IMG/VR virus record: IMGVR_UViG_3300012662_000009
Span: 1-64,000 of that record
Direction: 5' to 3' (one strand)
Length of the DNA stretch: 64,000 nucleotides
Origin: a virus
Lineage: Duplodnaviria; Caudoviricetes
The position numbers and the translations under genes were made by a program. Positions 11,097 to 20,826 of the stretch are shown one piece after another (position 1 is the stretch's first letter; the number at the start of each line of letters is the position of its first letter). The notes below the pieces were generated by a model that was not told the origin of the DNA, did no database searches, and was given only the letters and a program-made list of their open reading frames with translations.

Positions 11097-11807
11097 TTAC
11101 TTTGCAAATTCAATATGGTCCTCATAAATTTCTATATCCCTATACATCCCAAGGGACAAATGTTCAATGCCATTTGTAAATAATGTATCAAATAATTTTT
11201 TATTTTTTTCATAAAAAACATCTAAACCATATTTGTTAATTTGCCTCAAAAATTTCCCAGATAATTTAGATTTTCGAATATCTATAATAATATGGTTTGT
11301 TTTCGAATATAATTCGGTTAGTATCTTTTCATTCACATCAGCACCCTTCCAATCACTATTTTGAAAAGTTACATTAATGCAGACCAATTGGTCTTTATAA
11401 GATAACTTAATATTCTCCAGATCTTTTATATTAGTTATTATTACATATGAATTTTTTATATTAAGATTTTTTATAATATCGCAATCTATTTCTTCAAGTT
11501 TTCCGGGAATATTATTTATATCATTTTGAGAAATAGCATTATATTTAATTCCTGTAGGGATCTCCTCCCAGGATTTTTTATCGAATTTTACCCATTCAGG
11601 GGGATTAGCACTGAAGAAATAAGGGGAATAGGTTTTACCAGTATGATAAATAACTCCGTTTTTAATCTTAACATGATCTTTCATCATATACCAACTAAAA
11701 ACATTCTTTTCAAGCCATTGTAATATGGGTTCTTCTGGTACATTATCAAGCAAATCATCCCCAGAGTCAAATAAAGATTCTATTATATATTGTTTTATAG
11801 GTTTCAT
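11097..11807 (-). CDS. CTS-leader paralogue family member 1 (MKPIKQYIIESLFDSGDDLLD)
   Basis: Family motifs PPEWVKFDKKSW and SQNDINNIPG; start reassigned to ATG 11807. Confidence 0.8.
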   Translation of the reverse strand: MKPIKQYIIESLFDSGDDLLDNVPEEPILQWLEKNVFSWYMMKDHVKIKNGVIYHTGKTYSPYFFSANPPEWVKFDKKSWEEIPTGIKYNAISQNDINNIPGKLEEIDCDIIKNLNIKNSYVIITNIKDLENIKLSYKDQLVCINVTFQNSDWKGADVNEKILTELYSKTNHIIIDIRKSKLSGKFLRQINKYGLDVFYEKNKKLFDTLFTNGIEHLSLGMYRDIEIYEDHIEFAK

Positions 11808-11889
11808 CTTATAATGTATATTCATAAATATATAATAAATATTTCATTAGAGTATTGATATAAGTTATTATATATTAAAAAAATTGTCC

Positions 11890-13740
11890 ATGGACAATCA
11901 TACTGAAGTACAATCTAAGGTCTTACAAGAATCTACTGATATGTTTATAGGAGAAGGATATGCTCTTAAAAATCCTTCAAGTATCCCAGGGTTTAAGGAA
12001 ACCTCCAATTTTCGACCTAAATATTCAAAAGATACTCAAAAGAAAAAGAAAAAAAATCTCGTAGCAAAATTCTTTTCTAACATGTCTCGTATGGGTATGA
12101 GATATGAAGAAGATGTGGTCGCGAATATGCGTGCACTTCCTGCTGATAAAAGTCTTATACCAAAGCCTGATCAGTTTGTTCAACAGGATCTTTTTGCACA
12201 ATTATCAAGTTCTTGGAAGGTTAAGAATAATCAAGATAAAAATTTCTTCGAAAAGGATTTTCAAGAAAAAAGAGAAGCACTCCGTAAATTAGCTCTACAA
12301 CCAGAGCTCGAAGATATTCTTGATACAATGGCAAATGAGTCTATTGTATATGACTCTGATTATACTTATTTCGCAGAACCCTTTATGGAACAGCAAGAAA
12401 TGGGAGATCTTAAGAAGGAAGTCAGAGATAATATTACCAGTACTATGTCTGAGTGGTATAGGAAGTTTTATAAAATGCTTAATTGGAAGTACCGAGCTTG
12501 GGATGATTTTAAGAGATTTTTGATAGAGGGGAATTTGTCATGGGAAATAGTCTATGATGACCTTAATAAACCTACTAAGATCATAGGGCTTATACCTGTC
12601 GATGCTGCTACATTGACAAGAAAATTTAAGAATAATAAATGGTATTGGGTACAATTCTCGGGTATACAAGGTCGTGAAAGGACTTTATTAGATTCTCAAA
12701 TAATCTATGTGGCATATCAAGAAACCGGCTGTGTCTCCAGAACTTCTTATCTTGAACGACTTATAAGGCCTTTTAATATATATAGAATTATTGAACAAGC
12801 ACAATTAATTTGGACTATAACTAATTCATCTTATAAAATGAAATTTACAATACCTATTAAGGGTATGAATAAGGTTATGGGTATGCAAACGCTGAGCTCT
12901 GCTATGAATAAGTATAAAGAAGATATAAAGTTTTTATCAGATTCTGGTGAGCTTCAGATAAATGGTCAAGTTAATATGCCTTTTAATAAAGAATATTGGT
13001 TCCCAGAATCTGAATCCGGATCTCCTCAGGTTGAAACATTAGGTGGAGAAGGCCCTGAGCTCAATGATAATGATCAATTAAAGTATTTTAAGAATCAATT
13101 ATATAAAATTTCTAAAATACCCCTTTCACGCTTTGACCAGGAATCTGGTGAGACCTGGTTTGGATCTGATCCTACATCTGCAACAAGAACTGAGATAGAA
13201 TTTGCACGATTTGTGACACGTCTACGCAATCAATTCTCTCAAATTATTATTAAACCCCTTCAATTACAATTAGCGCTTTCTATACCAGAATTACAAGATA
13301 ATAGAGAGATTCTTGAAGCAGTTTCTTTGAAATATCATTCCTATAATTTATTTGAAGAGATGATGGACTTGGAACTCACGCAAAAACGAGTGGAGTTCAT
13401 AAATACAATGAAAGAAAGTTTAGTAGATATGGATATGGAAGGAAACGAGGTCAAATTCTTCTCATCTAAATTCTTAGTACAAAAATATTTACAGTATTCT
13501 GCCGCAGATCTTGCATTAAATGAGAAATTGAAAAAAGAAGAAATTGATGAATTGAACTTAGCAGGCGATCCAGATAATGCTCCTTCAGAGTCTTTAATTG
13601 ATCAAATAGCAAATCTTTTAGAATCTAAGGAAGATAAAATAGAAACTATAAAGAAAGTTATAAAGAAACGTAAAAAGAAAGTCAAAGATCATTGCGATGA
13701 TATCTTAAATGATGAAAATCATCCTGACGATGAAGAATAA
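11890..13740 (+). CDS. Portal protein (T4 gp20-like)
   Basis: SYLER...YRIIE, KEYWFP, VETLGG, YFKNQLYKISKIPLSRF and TRTEIEFARFVTRLRNQF motifs. Confidence 0.9.
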   Translation: MDNHTEVQSKVLQESTDMFIGEGYALKNPSSIPGFKETSNFRPKYSKDTQKKKKKNLVAKFFSNMSRMGMRYEEDVVANMRALPADKSLIPKPDQFVQQDLFAQLSSSWKVKNNQDKNFFEKDFQEKREALRKLALQPELEDILDTMANESIVYDSDYTYFAEPFMEQQEMGDLKKEVRDNITSTMSEWYRKFYKMLNWKYRAWDDFKRFLIEGNLSWEIVYDDLNKPTKIIGLIPVDAATLTRKFKNNKWYWVQFSGIQGRERTLLDSQIIYVAYQETGCVSRTSYLERLIRPFNIYRIIEQAQLIWTITNSSYKMKFTIPIKGMNKVMGMQTLSSAMNKYKEDIKFLSDSGELQINGQVNMPFNKEYWFPESESGSPQVETLGGEGPELNDNDQLKYFKNQLYKISKIPLSRFDQESGETWFGSDPTSATRTEIEFARFVTRLRNQFSQIIIKPLQLQLALSIPELQDNREILEAVSLKYHSYNLFEEMMDLELTQKRVEFINTMKESLVDMDMEGNEVKFFSSKFLVQKYLQYSAADLALNEKLKKEEIDELNLAGDPDNAPSESLIDQIANLLESKEDKIETIKKVIKKRKKKVKDHCDDILNDENHPDDEE

Positions 13741-13761
13741 AAATATATAATATAAATTTAT

Positions 13762-13788
13762 AGGACCTCTTATTTGAGGTCCTTTTTT
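13762..13788 (+). terminator. Intrinsic terminator
   Basis: AGGACCTC-TTATTT-GAGGTCCT followed by a T tract after the portal gene. Confidence 0.75.
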
Positions 13789-13837
13789 ATTTAATAATCC
13801 GACTATTCTTTTTATTTTATAAGAAATATTAATAGAT

Positions 13838-15367
13838 ATGGATATACAGGAAATATTATTAAATCCTAAAGGAAAGGCTAATTCAAGATATATAAAGATT
13901 CATTGGCCTGAGGATTATAAAGAAATTATTAAAAAACCTGGTAAAACATTTTCAGAGCAATTGTATAATTATATATACAATAATCCTGAGCATAAATGCC
14001 CTGTATGTGGTAAAGAAACTAATTTTAAGACTTTAACAGAAGGTTATTGTGAATGTTGTTCTATAAGATGTGCTGGAAAGAACCCTAAAAGAAATGAAAG
14101 ATCTGAGCAAACATGTCTTAAAAAATACGGAGTAAAGAATCCTTCTCAGTCTAAAGAAATTCAAAAAAAGAAAGAAGAAACTTGTCTTAAAAATTTTGGT
14201 GTGACTTCTTATTTCAAAACTCAGAAATGTCGTGATAAATCTATAGCATCTTGTTTAGATAAGTATGGAGTTAAATATACTTTTCTTAATAAAGAAGTTA
14301 GAGAAAAAGCTAAGAAAAATTATAAAAATAAATGTTATAATCCTCATCCTGACCATATAGGATATACTGAAGAAGGTTTATGGATAATGCAATGCCCTCA
14401 TCCTAATTGTAATAAATGTGAAGAAAAAACTTACATAATCAAACAACAAAATTATAATGATAGAAAAAGACTGCAAACAGAACCCTGTACTAAGTTATTA
14501 CCAATCGATTTAGGAATTAAAGGTACTTCCATTGAACTCTTTGTCTGGTCTATATTAGATGAATATGATATTCAATACGAAACTAATAACAGAACTTTAA
14601 TATCACCCAAAGAACTTGATATATACATCCCTTCTAAGAATATAGCCATTGAATGTAATGGGCTTTACTGGCATTCCCTCAAAGAACCTAAATATCACAT
14701 CAATAAATTCAAAGAATGTCAAGAAAGGAATGTTCAATTATTATCTATATGGGAAGACTGGGTATACTCTAAACCAGATATTCTAAGATCTATATTACTA
14801 TCCAAATTGGGCCTTATAAAGAACAAAATATATGCCAGAGAATGTATTATAAAAGAAGTTAATAGCAAAGAATGTAGTAAATTCTTAGAAAACAATCATA
14901 TACAAGGCAAGACCCCGACTATGATCCGCTATGGATTATATTATAATGGTCAATTAGTATCCCTTATGACATTTAATAAGAACTCTAAGGACAACAATTG
15001 GGTTCTTTCAAGATTCTGTAATAAAATCAATACAAACATCATAGGAGGGGCATCTAAACTCTTCAAACACTTTCTTAAAGAACATCCTGGTGAAACTATT
15101 ATATCATATTCTTCTAATGATATTTCTAATGGACATTTATATGAAACCTTAGGTTTCATTTCCAACAATATTATAAGAGCTGCTTACTGGTATATTAGTT
15201 ATGATGATTATACAAGATTTCACAGATCAACTTTTTCCAAGGGATGCTTAAAAAGAATAGGATATGATATTGCAGGAAAAACCGAAGCAGAAATAATGTC
15301 TGAAATGCCTTACTGGAGAGTATATGATTCTGGGACGACCCAATGGAAATTTGTAAACATACTGTAG
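13838..15367 (+). CDS. Hef-like/PD-(D/E)XK endonuclease with Zn fingers, KYGV repeats and Mom-like GNAT C-terminus (copy A)
   Basis: CPVCG; TCLKKYGV repeats; ELDIYIP...IECNGLYWHS; LSRFC...GGASKL...ISYS...GHLYETLGF. Confidence 0.75.
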   Translation: MDIQEILLNPKGKANSRYIKIHWPEDYKEIIKKPGKTFSEQLYNYIYNNPEHKCPVCGKETNFKTLTEGYCECCSIRCAGKNPKRNERSEQTCLKKYGVKNPSQSKEIQKKKEETCLKNFGVTSYFKTQKCRDKSIASCLDKYGVKYTFLNKEVREKAKKNYKNKCYNPHPDHIGYTEEGLWIMQCPHPNCNKCEEKTYIIKQQNYNDRKRLQTEPCTKLLPIDLGIKGTSIELFVWSILDEYDIQYETNNRTLISPKELDIYIPSKNIAIECNGLYWHSLKEPKYHINKFKECQERNVQLLSIWEDWVYSKPDILRSILLSKLGLIKNKIYARECIIKEVNSKECSKFLENNHIQGKTPTMIRYGLYYNGQLVSLMTFNKNSKDNNWVLSRFCNKINTNIIGGASKLFKHFLKEHPGETIISYSSNDISNGHLYETLGFISNNIIRAAYWYISYDDYTRFHRSTFSKGCLKRIGYDIAGKTEAEIMSEMPYWRVYDSGTTQWKFVNIL

Positions 15368-15380
15368 AGTATGTTTACAA
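15351..15380. terminator. Hairpin overlapping the endonuclease stop codon
   Basis: TTGTAAACATACT-GTAG-AGTATGTTTACAA, 13 bp perfect arms. Confidence 0.55.
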
Positions 15381-15396
15381 ACGATTTAACGAACCT

Positions 15397-15441
15397 ACTT
15401 TTTAAGCACATTTAGAAGCGATTTAACAGACTTCGATAGGC
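15397..15441. repeat. Truncated copy of the dispersed element
   Basis: 15397-15433 identical over 37 bp to 46844-46880, then ATAGGC from the palindrome arm. Confidence 0.85.
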
Positions 15442-15575
15442 TTCTTATCCAACATATCGTCTTCATCATCAAACAATCCCTCATAGATTGTTTGCCTTTG
15501 ATCAAACAAACCTTCTTGAATTTTTTACCTTTGTTCAAATAAAGATTTGTTTATATATTCTTTTATAGGTTTCAT
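15423..15575 (-). pseudogene. Leader-only remnant of the CTS paralogue family
   Basis: Translates MKPIKEYINKSLFEQR*KIQEGLFDQRQTIYEGLFDDEDDMLDKKPIEVC*; not in the ORF track. Confidence 0.8.
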
Positions 15576-15658
15576 ACTTATATAATATTATATTTTATTT
15601 TATATAAATTTAAATTTATATAAAATTAATTTTATTTTATAATTAAAATACATCCATA

Positions 15659-16711
15659 ATGCCTAATAAATTTATCAGCTTAGATAATATTAAAGTTGTA
15701 TGGAAAAATATACATGAAAGGTTTCAAAGACTCTATGCTATTACTACATTTGATTTAAATGGATTATTATCAGAATCAACTCCTGAAACGATAAGGGTTG
15801 ATGTGTTACAAAATGAAAAAACTTATTATATAACAGATGATTCATATGAGTCACTTATAGAATATCTCACTACGGGGCTTTTTGATAAAACATTAGTGTT
15901 TGGTCTCAGAAAATTTTCTGTATTAAGTAATTTCATATATCAACAATCTTATCCTGGGGATATAGATATTAGTATGGCTGATATAATACTTATAGATGAT
16001 GCTAAGAATATATATAATTTCAAAATTACATCCGAAAGCTGGGATACTCGATATAGAATTAAAGTAATATTAAATAAGATATTTTATCAAGCGAATGATA
16101 TAGATAATAAAGAAGAAACTCTTAAAGATGCATATTTAGGTGAATGGTCATTAGATAATTGTGCCATAGATAATGGAATCCCTTCATCTGGTGTAGGAAA
16201 GAAGTTAATTTCAGGTACTCCATATATTATAGGGTCTTATAAATATTATGGTCAGACATCAGTAGGATCTTTTACTATTGATAAACCCACAACATATTAC
16301 CTGGTAGATGCTTATAATCAACATATTGATATATACTTAATTAAACTTAAAAAATATTTCTCTGATGATGATTTAAGAAATATTGGTTTTAGAAAAATAA
16401 ACCTTATAAATGTCGACACTATATCTTATGATACTTTGGTTAAGAATAAAATAGATGTAACCATATTACCACAAAAGACAGATTCAAAGGGTAATCCTAT
16501 AGAAGGACAATATTTATTAGATGGAATTACTGTGAAGAATACTGATAATATATATCAATTCACTATAAATCCTGAATATATATTCGAAACAAGATCTACT
16601 AAAAAAAATCATAAAGCACAATATGTATTAAGTATTTTTAGAAGAAGTGCTGATGGTGATGGAGTACGAAATCAATATGTAAAATTAGCCGAAAGACCTT
16701 ATATAAAATGA
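15659..16711 (+). CDS. Hypothetical, possibly fibre/adhesin-associated protein
   Basis: N-terminus KFISLDNIKVVWKNI resembles that of 33844 (EFLDANGLKTLCNEI). Confidence 0.45.
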   Translation: MPNKFISLDNIKVVWKNIHERFQRLYAITTFDLNGLLSESTPETIRVDVLQNEKTYYITDDSYESLIEYLTTGLFDKTLVFGLRKFSVLSNFIYQQSYPGDIDISMADIILIDDAKNIYNFKITSESWDTRYRIKVILNKIFYQANDIDNKEETLKDAYLGEWSLDNCAIDNGIPSSGVGKKLISGTPYIIGSYKYYGQTSVGSFTIDKPTTYYLVDAYNQHIDIYLIKLKKYFSDDDLRNIGFRKINLINVDTISYDTLVKNKIDVTILPQKTDSKGNPIEGQYLLDGITVKNTDNIYQFTINPEYIFETRSTKKNHKAQYVLSIFRRSADGDGVRNQYVKLAERPYIK

Positions 16712-17406
16712 AAAATATAAAAGAATATATAAACGAGTCGCTTTTCGATTCTGAAGATGATTTACTGGATAAAACTCCTGATATTGCTATATACAAATGG
16801 TTGGGAGAAAATACCGATTTAGAATATGCCCTAAAACACAATAGAGTGAAAGTTAATAATGGTAAGGTTTATACTGACACATCTACCAATTGGAGTCCTG
16901 TTACTATCAAATCTAATCCACCAAAATGGATAAAATTTGATGAAAAATCTTGGGGAGAACAGGCAATTAATATTAAATATAGCATTAAATCTCAAAAAGA
17001 TATAAATAATATTCCTGGATGGATTGAGCGTATTGAGGCTCCGGTCGTTAAAAATGTAGATATTAATACTAAGTTTTTAGAATTTATATATACGAAAGAA
17101 ATTGAAAATATAATTCTACACTATGATAAAGAAGATAATATACATGTAGAATTTGCTCAGTCAGAACCGGATGAAAATACTTTAATGAATATATCATCTA
17201 TAACTAATAGTATATATATAGATATTCGAAAAACTAAATTATGCAATAAACTTAAAAGACAAATTAAAAAATACGGTACAACAGATTTTTATACTAAAAA
17301 TTGGACTTTATTTAAAACTCTTTATGAAAATAAAATAAAATACCTACGAGTTGGGCCATGGGATTTTATTAGAATATATGATACTTATATTACATATGGT
17401 GCGTAA
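16708..17406 (+). CDS. CTS-leader paralogue family member 2 (MKNIKEYINESLFDSEDDLLDKTP)
   Basis: PPKWIKFDEKSW and SQKDINNIPG motifs. Confidence 0.85.
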   Translation: MKNIKEYINESLFDSEDDLLDKTPDIAIYKWLGENTDLEYALKHNRVKVNNGKVYTDTSTNWSPVTIKSNPPKWIKFDEKSWGEQAINIKYSIKSQKDINNIPGWIERIEAPVVKNVDINTKFLEFIYTKEIENIILHYDKEDNIHVEFAQSEPDENTLMNISSITNSIYIDIRKTKLCNKLKRQIKKYGTTDFYTKNWTLFKTLYENKIKYLRVGPWDFIRIYDTYITYGA

Positions 17407-17422
17407 TTGGATAATATAATAA

Positions 17423-19054
17423 TTATCCATTATAAGTAATATTAACACAAGACTTCTTCTTAAAATCCCCCATATTTTCTAAAGACAGATCTATAAACCC
17501 ATTAAAAAATTGTTCATCAATATCCTGATGAGATACTATAAATAACGTATTATTAGATTTTACAGAATCTTTTAAGACTTTACACATATCATTTCTAAGG
17601 GATTCATCTAAATTCGAAAAAAGTTCATCTAAGAACATTATATTAATCGAAGAAGACCCTATAATCGCTCCTAAAACACCTAATATAATTATCATATCCA
17701 CGGTTTTAAGTTGCCCTGTAGATAATGAAGAGAGTGGTATAGGGTCTTTATATCCACACATATTGATAATACACTTAAAATTCTCATCGAAAGTTATTAT
17801 ATAAGGCTGTTGAAGAAGTGAAGTGTATTTTAAGATATTATTATTTATAACAGGAATAAAATTACTTAATATTTTTGATCTAATATCACAAGACAAAATA
17901 TTATAAAGCCTATCCCAAGCAGACCCTTCTTCTATATACTTATTATATTCTTCATCTAATTTTATAAGTTCTTTCTGTAACTTCTCAACCTCCTCAAAAT
18001 TTATCAAGGATCGCTTAGCCTGTTCACGTAATCTTATAAGTAAATTTTCTTTGATTTTAACGCGATCTTTGCCCTCGGATATATATTTGTTCATCTCATC
18101 CTTTTCACGCGAAATATGAGCTTCTATGAGCGTTATAGTGCTATGTATTGTATTGTATGCCTCCAGCAATTCTTCTCTTTCTTTTTCCTTGTCTTTTAAT
18201 CGGGACTGATCAATAGGAGCTCCGCATGTGGGACATTTGCCTTTTTTGATAAAATCTATTTCTTTTTTCTTATTCTTGCCAAGCGTTATAAGAGAGGCCA
18301 TGTTTTGTTTTTTATCCTGAATCTCCTCCGTTAGTTTTTTAATATTATTATTATAGATTTCTATATTCTCATTTAATTCTTTCTTTATATCTTCTATTTC
18401 TTTTTCTATTTCTCGTTCATCTCCTTCTATAATAGACTTAGAAGTTAATTCATTGATTTTATCTATCTGACTTTTTATATTTTGTGCGTTTCCTTTGATG
18501 GTATTTATAATATTTATATTATCATTTTTAAGGAACCGACAAATTTCCGTGTATTGAGTTAATATATAAAACCCAAAGACTTGATCAAGAAACTTTTTGG
18601 TATCCTGAGAGTTAAGAGTAGCAACCGATTTGAAATTATTAAAAGATATTATACATAACATCTCGAGTGCTGTTCTGGTTGTGTCATAATATTCTTTTTC
18701 GAGTTGTATTTGTGCATCCCTTTTATTGGTAAAAACCAATTCTTCTCCATCTACTTCAACATACAATGGAGATTGCCCGTAGGAATTTAATTCTCTTTTA
18801 ATATATAAATTATGTCCTTTAGAAGTACACCAGAGTTCTATTAAAGAATGTTTTTCTCCCCATGATATTAAATCAGAGTTATTTTTACCATTGATAGAAC
18901 CGAATAAACCAAATATAACAGCCTCTCCTATAGTTGTTTTACCAGACCCTACAGGACCAGATATCTTCCAGAATCCTTGAATGTTATTAAAATCTATTTC
19001 AAGGGAATCATATATTGATTTGAAGTTATTTATCTTAATTTTTTGAATATACAT
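17423..19054 (-). CDS. SbcC/Rad50/gp46-like recombination ATPase
   Basis: Walker A GPVGSGKT, coiled coil, zinc hook CPTCG, signature LSTGQ, Walker B FLDE, H-loop SH. Confidence 0.93.
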   Translation of the reverse strand: MYIQKIKINNFKSIYDSLEIDFNNIQGFWKISGPVGSGKTTIGEAVIFGLFGSINGKNNSDLISWGEKHSLIELWCTSKGHNLYIKRELNSYGQSPLYVEVDGEELVFTNKRDAQIQLEKEYYDTTRTALEMLCIISFNNFKSVATLNSQDTKKFLDQVFGFYILTQYTEICRFLKNDNINIINTIKGNAQNIKSQIDKINELTSKSIIEGDEREIEKEIEDIKKELNENIEIYNNNIKKLTEEIQDKKQNMASLITLGKNKKKEIDFIKKGKCPTCGAPIDQSRLKDKEKEREELLEAYNTIHSTITLIEAHISREKDEMNKYISEGKDRVKIKENLLIRLREQAKRSLINFEEVEKLQKELIKLDEEYNKYIEEGSAWDRLYNILSCDIRSKILSNFIPVINNNILKYTSLLQQPYIITFDENFKCIINMCGYKDPIPLSSLSTGQLKTVDMIIILGVLGAIIGSSSINIMFLDELFSNLDESLRNDMCKVLKDSVKSNNTLFIVSHQDIDEQFFNGFIDLSLENMGDFKKKSCVNITYNG

Positions 19055-19068
19055 GTCTTAATATATAT

Positions 19069-19098
19069 AAAAAAGAGGTATCATATAGGTACCTCTTT
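19069..19098 (-). terminator. Intrinsic terminator after ndk
   Basis: AAAGAGGTA...TACCTCTTT hairpin with a U tract on the minus strand. Confidence 0.6.
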
Positions 19099-19105
19099 GG
19101 ATTGA

Positions 19106-19510
19106 TTAAAAATATATAGACATTTCTTTTAACATATGTTCATAAGAATCAGATGAATGTAGGACATTTCTCATATCAGATTCCCCCCATTTATTTCTGA
19201 TTTTTTCTTTGATCCCAGACACTTCTTTATAAATTTTGTCATCAGGGAGTTCATTCCGGGTAAATATTATAGCCATCGATGGACCTGATGATATATACTT
19301 ACATAAATCGTTGTAGAAAAATTCATTTTTATGTACTGCATAAAGTTTATTGGCTTCTTTGCGGAGCAATTGTTTGGTTCTGATTTGATATATATCCCAA
19401 CCATTCTTATTGAATATTTCAATAATATTTTTTGCGAGGTGTAAAAATCCTGGTTTAATGACTACGAATATTTTTTGATAGTCTTTATTGTAAATGCCTA
19501 ATTCTTTCAT
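19106..19510 (-). CDS. ndk: Nucleoside diphosphate kinase
   Basis: VIKPG, LYAVHK, YISSGP and catalytic RNVLHSSDS. Confidence 0.9.
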   Translation of the reverse strand: MKELGIYNKDYQKIFVVIKPGFLHLAKNIIEIFNKNGWDIYQIRTKQLLRKEANKLYAVHKNEFFYNDLCKYISSGPSMAIIFTRNELPDDKIYKEVSGIKEKIRNKWGESDMRNVLHSSDSYEHMLKEMSIYF

Positions 19511-19519
19511 ATATTTTTA

Positions 19520-20824
19520 TTATAAATTATTTGCTATTGTGTTTGATTTAAACATATTACCAATTTTAGTAACATGCTTTGTTTTAGCCGATTTTTTATT
19601 ATCTGTATATTGTTTTACAGCGGATACGGTAGACCATAAATGTCCCAGTGACATAGCATCCACTTGATCCTTAACTTTTGAAATGGATAATCCGTGCATA
19701 TTACCGAGCACTAAGTGCTTTGCTTGTGATTTGAGCCAGCGAGTACCAAATCCTATAAGTTCTTTAGCAGCATTTGTAACAGGACCCACACTTTGATACA
19801 TTGTAGATCTTGCTTCGAGTTCTGTTGTAGAATGTTTTGCTGGTTTTTGTGGAGTAACTTCAACAGAACCTTGACCTATACCTGTACTATAATCATATAC
19901 CGTAGAATCTCGAGCAATCATATCACCTATGTCTTTCATCATAAATTCATTATAACGAGTTTCATAACAATCATCAAAGTATATATCAATGGCATGTATA
20001 GGATATGAACCTTCTATATTATCTAAAACAGCGAATCCGTTACGTGCAGAATTATAATCTATTTCGCAATTATGAAATTCTATATATTTATATGATGTAA
20101 GATACTGACTTGAGTTTTTATCTATAGTAGCGAAATCTGATTCTGGTTTTGTTAAGAAAGATTGTTTATCAGGATTATGTATATTCTTAATAGGAGTTTC
20201 AAAGATATATACACCCATATCAAATTTCCTTAAATTAGCTGGTAAAATAACTCTTTTAGTTTGCCAGGACCATACTATAGCTTTATATAAATCTAATAAA
20301 GTCGATATTCGGTCATCATAAGCATCTTGAAGACATTTTAAGGTGATTTTTTGCCTACCTTCCTCGAACATAAAATCATTTTTCATAGTCTGAGGTCGAT
20401 CTAATGCTTCGCTAAGTCCTTCAATTTGTTGAAAATACCATGGGGATTCTGAATTGATATTAGAAAGTAATTCAACAAAATTTTCTAATAAATCAGCCCG
20501 CTCATCTTCCCCATTGAGTTTAAGATATGTCCATGCGGTGGTATATTTCCAGTAATCTTTCTCAGTATATGATGATTTATCATTGCTTGAACTTTGAAAT
20601 AATTGCCATATAGGAGCTAAAAGACCTCCTGATTGAACAAAATCATCTCTATCTTCAACATTACCATTCCAGAAATAAAAAAATATCTTAAAATATTTTT
20701 GTGAAGGCGTGTCATATATATTAAAATCAGAACCATCATTAGTACCAGCTTGCTTAAAATTTAGTCTATTTTGCAAGAAAGTGCCATATGAAAGAGCTGA
20801 ATATTCATTTTTTTTACTGTTCAT
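19520..20824 (-). CDS. Putative baseplate/tail-tube-like structural protein
   Basis: PWYFQQIEGL, LPANLRKFDM and FHNCE; lies in an operon with hub and gp53-like genes. Confidence 0.45.
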   Translation of the reverse strand: MNSKKNEYSALSYGTFLQNRLNFKQAGTNDGSDFNIYDTPSQKYFKIFFYFWNGNVEDRDDFVQSGGLLAPIWQLFQSSSNDKSSYTEKDYWKYTTAWTYLKLNGEDERADLLENFVELLSNINSESPWYFQQIEGLSEALDRPQTMKNDFMFEEGRQKITLKCLQDAYDDRISTLLDLYKAIVWSWQTKRVILPANLRKFDMGVYIFETPIKNIHNPDKQSFLTKPESDFATIDKNSSQYLTSYKYIEFHNCEIDYNSARNGFAVLDNIEGSYPIHAIDIYFDDCYETRYNEFMMKDIGDMIARDSTVYDYSTGIGQGSVEVTPQKPAKHSTTELEARSTMYQSVGPVTNAAKELIGFGTRWLKSQAKHLVLGNMHGLSISKVKDQVDAMSLGHLWSTVSAVKQYTDNKKSAKTKHVTKIGNMFKSNTIANNL

Positions 20825-20826
20825 TA

